Shown in pieces: positions 63,693 to 64,000 of a DNA stretch of 64,000 nucleotides. Position numbers and translations under genes: made by a program. A model generated the notes under the pieces. The model ran no database searches, was not told the origin of the DNA, and was given only the letters and a program-made list of their open reading frames with translations. Source of the stretch: Diadema antillarum (lineage: Eukaryota); the NCBI RefSeq assembly GCF_040938485.1, contig NW_027271528.1, positions 1,488,001-1,552,000 of the forward strand. Reading direction: 5' to 3'. The stretch's first letter is position 1. Every line of letters starts with the position of its first letter.

Positions 63693-64000
63693 TTAACCCT
63701 AACTAGGCCGGGGGGGGGGGGGGGGGGGGGGGGGCCTCCGAGGCCCCCCCCCCTCGACGTTCCGCACGATGTATCGCAGTCGCAAAAAGCTATCACCGCG
63801 ACATTTCATGACTTTTTTCTTTCGAGTCTCCCGCATCTTTTGACACCAAATTTGCGACGCCCGGGCTTGCGGTTCCGAAGTTACGCATAAATATGTACAT
63901 GCATGTCAGACCAAAAATTGCTCAAAAATGTGAATTCGTGTACAATTTCAATGCAAACTGTGCTTACAGGCAAATTTCATAAAAGCATGATTATTTTGGT
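63693..64000. mobile_element. Left end of a TTAA-CCCT (piggyBac-like terminus) repeat running off the window
   Basis: TTAA|CCCTAACTAGGCC followed by a G-run/C-run hairpin (gggggcctccgaggccccc) and a CpG-rich body unlike the flanking intron. Confidence 0.45.

Overview
Eukaryotic, intron-rich genomic DNA. The repeat families and gene content suggest a marine invertebrate deuterostome, probably an echinoderm; this is inference. Three zones. (1) 1-~9.3 kb: a tandem, shuffled array built almost entirely from the C-terminal half of a Merlin/ISXO2 (IS1595-related) DDE transposase. It has higher-order 1077-bp and 888-bp duplications and a second, unrelated ORF fragment woven in. (2) ~10-15.3 kb: a stack of decayed transposon fragments (SAP/SWIM-type ORF, RRM-PNMA-type Gypsy gag interrupted by an 84-bp minisatellite, Mutator-like transposase), all on the + strand like the array. 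(3) 15.8-64 kb: two host genes head-to-head about 0.8 kb apart. One is a complete 7-exon, 198-aa PIS-like CDP-alcohol phosphatidyltransferase (- strand). The other is the first 8 exons of carboxypeptidase D (+ strand; domain I, its beta-sandwich and most of domain II), with a 20.8-kb intron 2 full of MITEs, LINE ends and a 4.1-kb TIR element. There is a 200-N assembly gap at 60457-60656. All exon boundaries were read by hand and checked for phase continuity; family assignments come from remembered motifs, not database searches.
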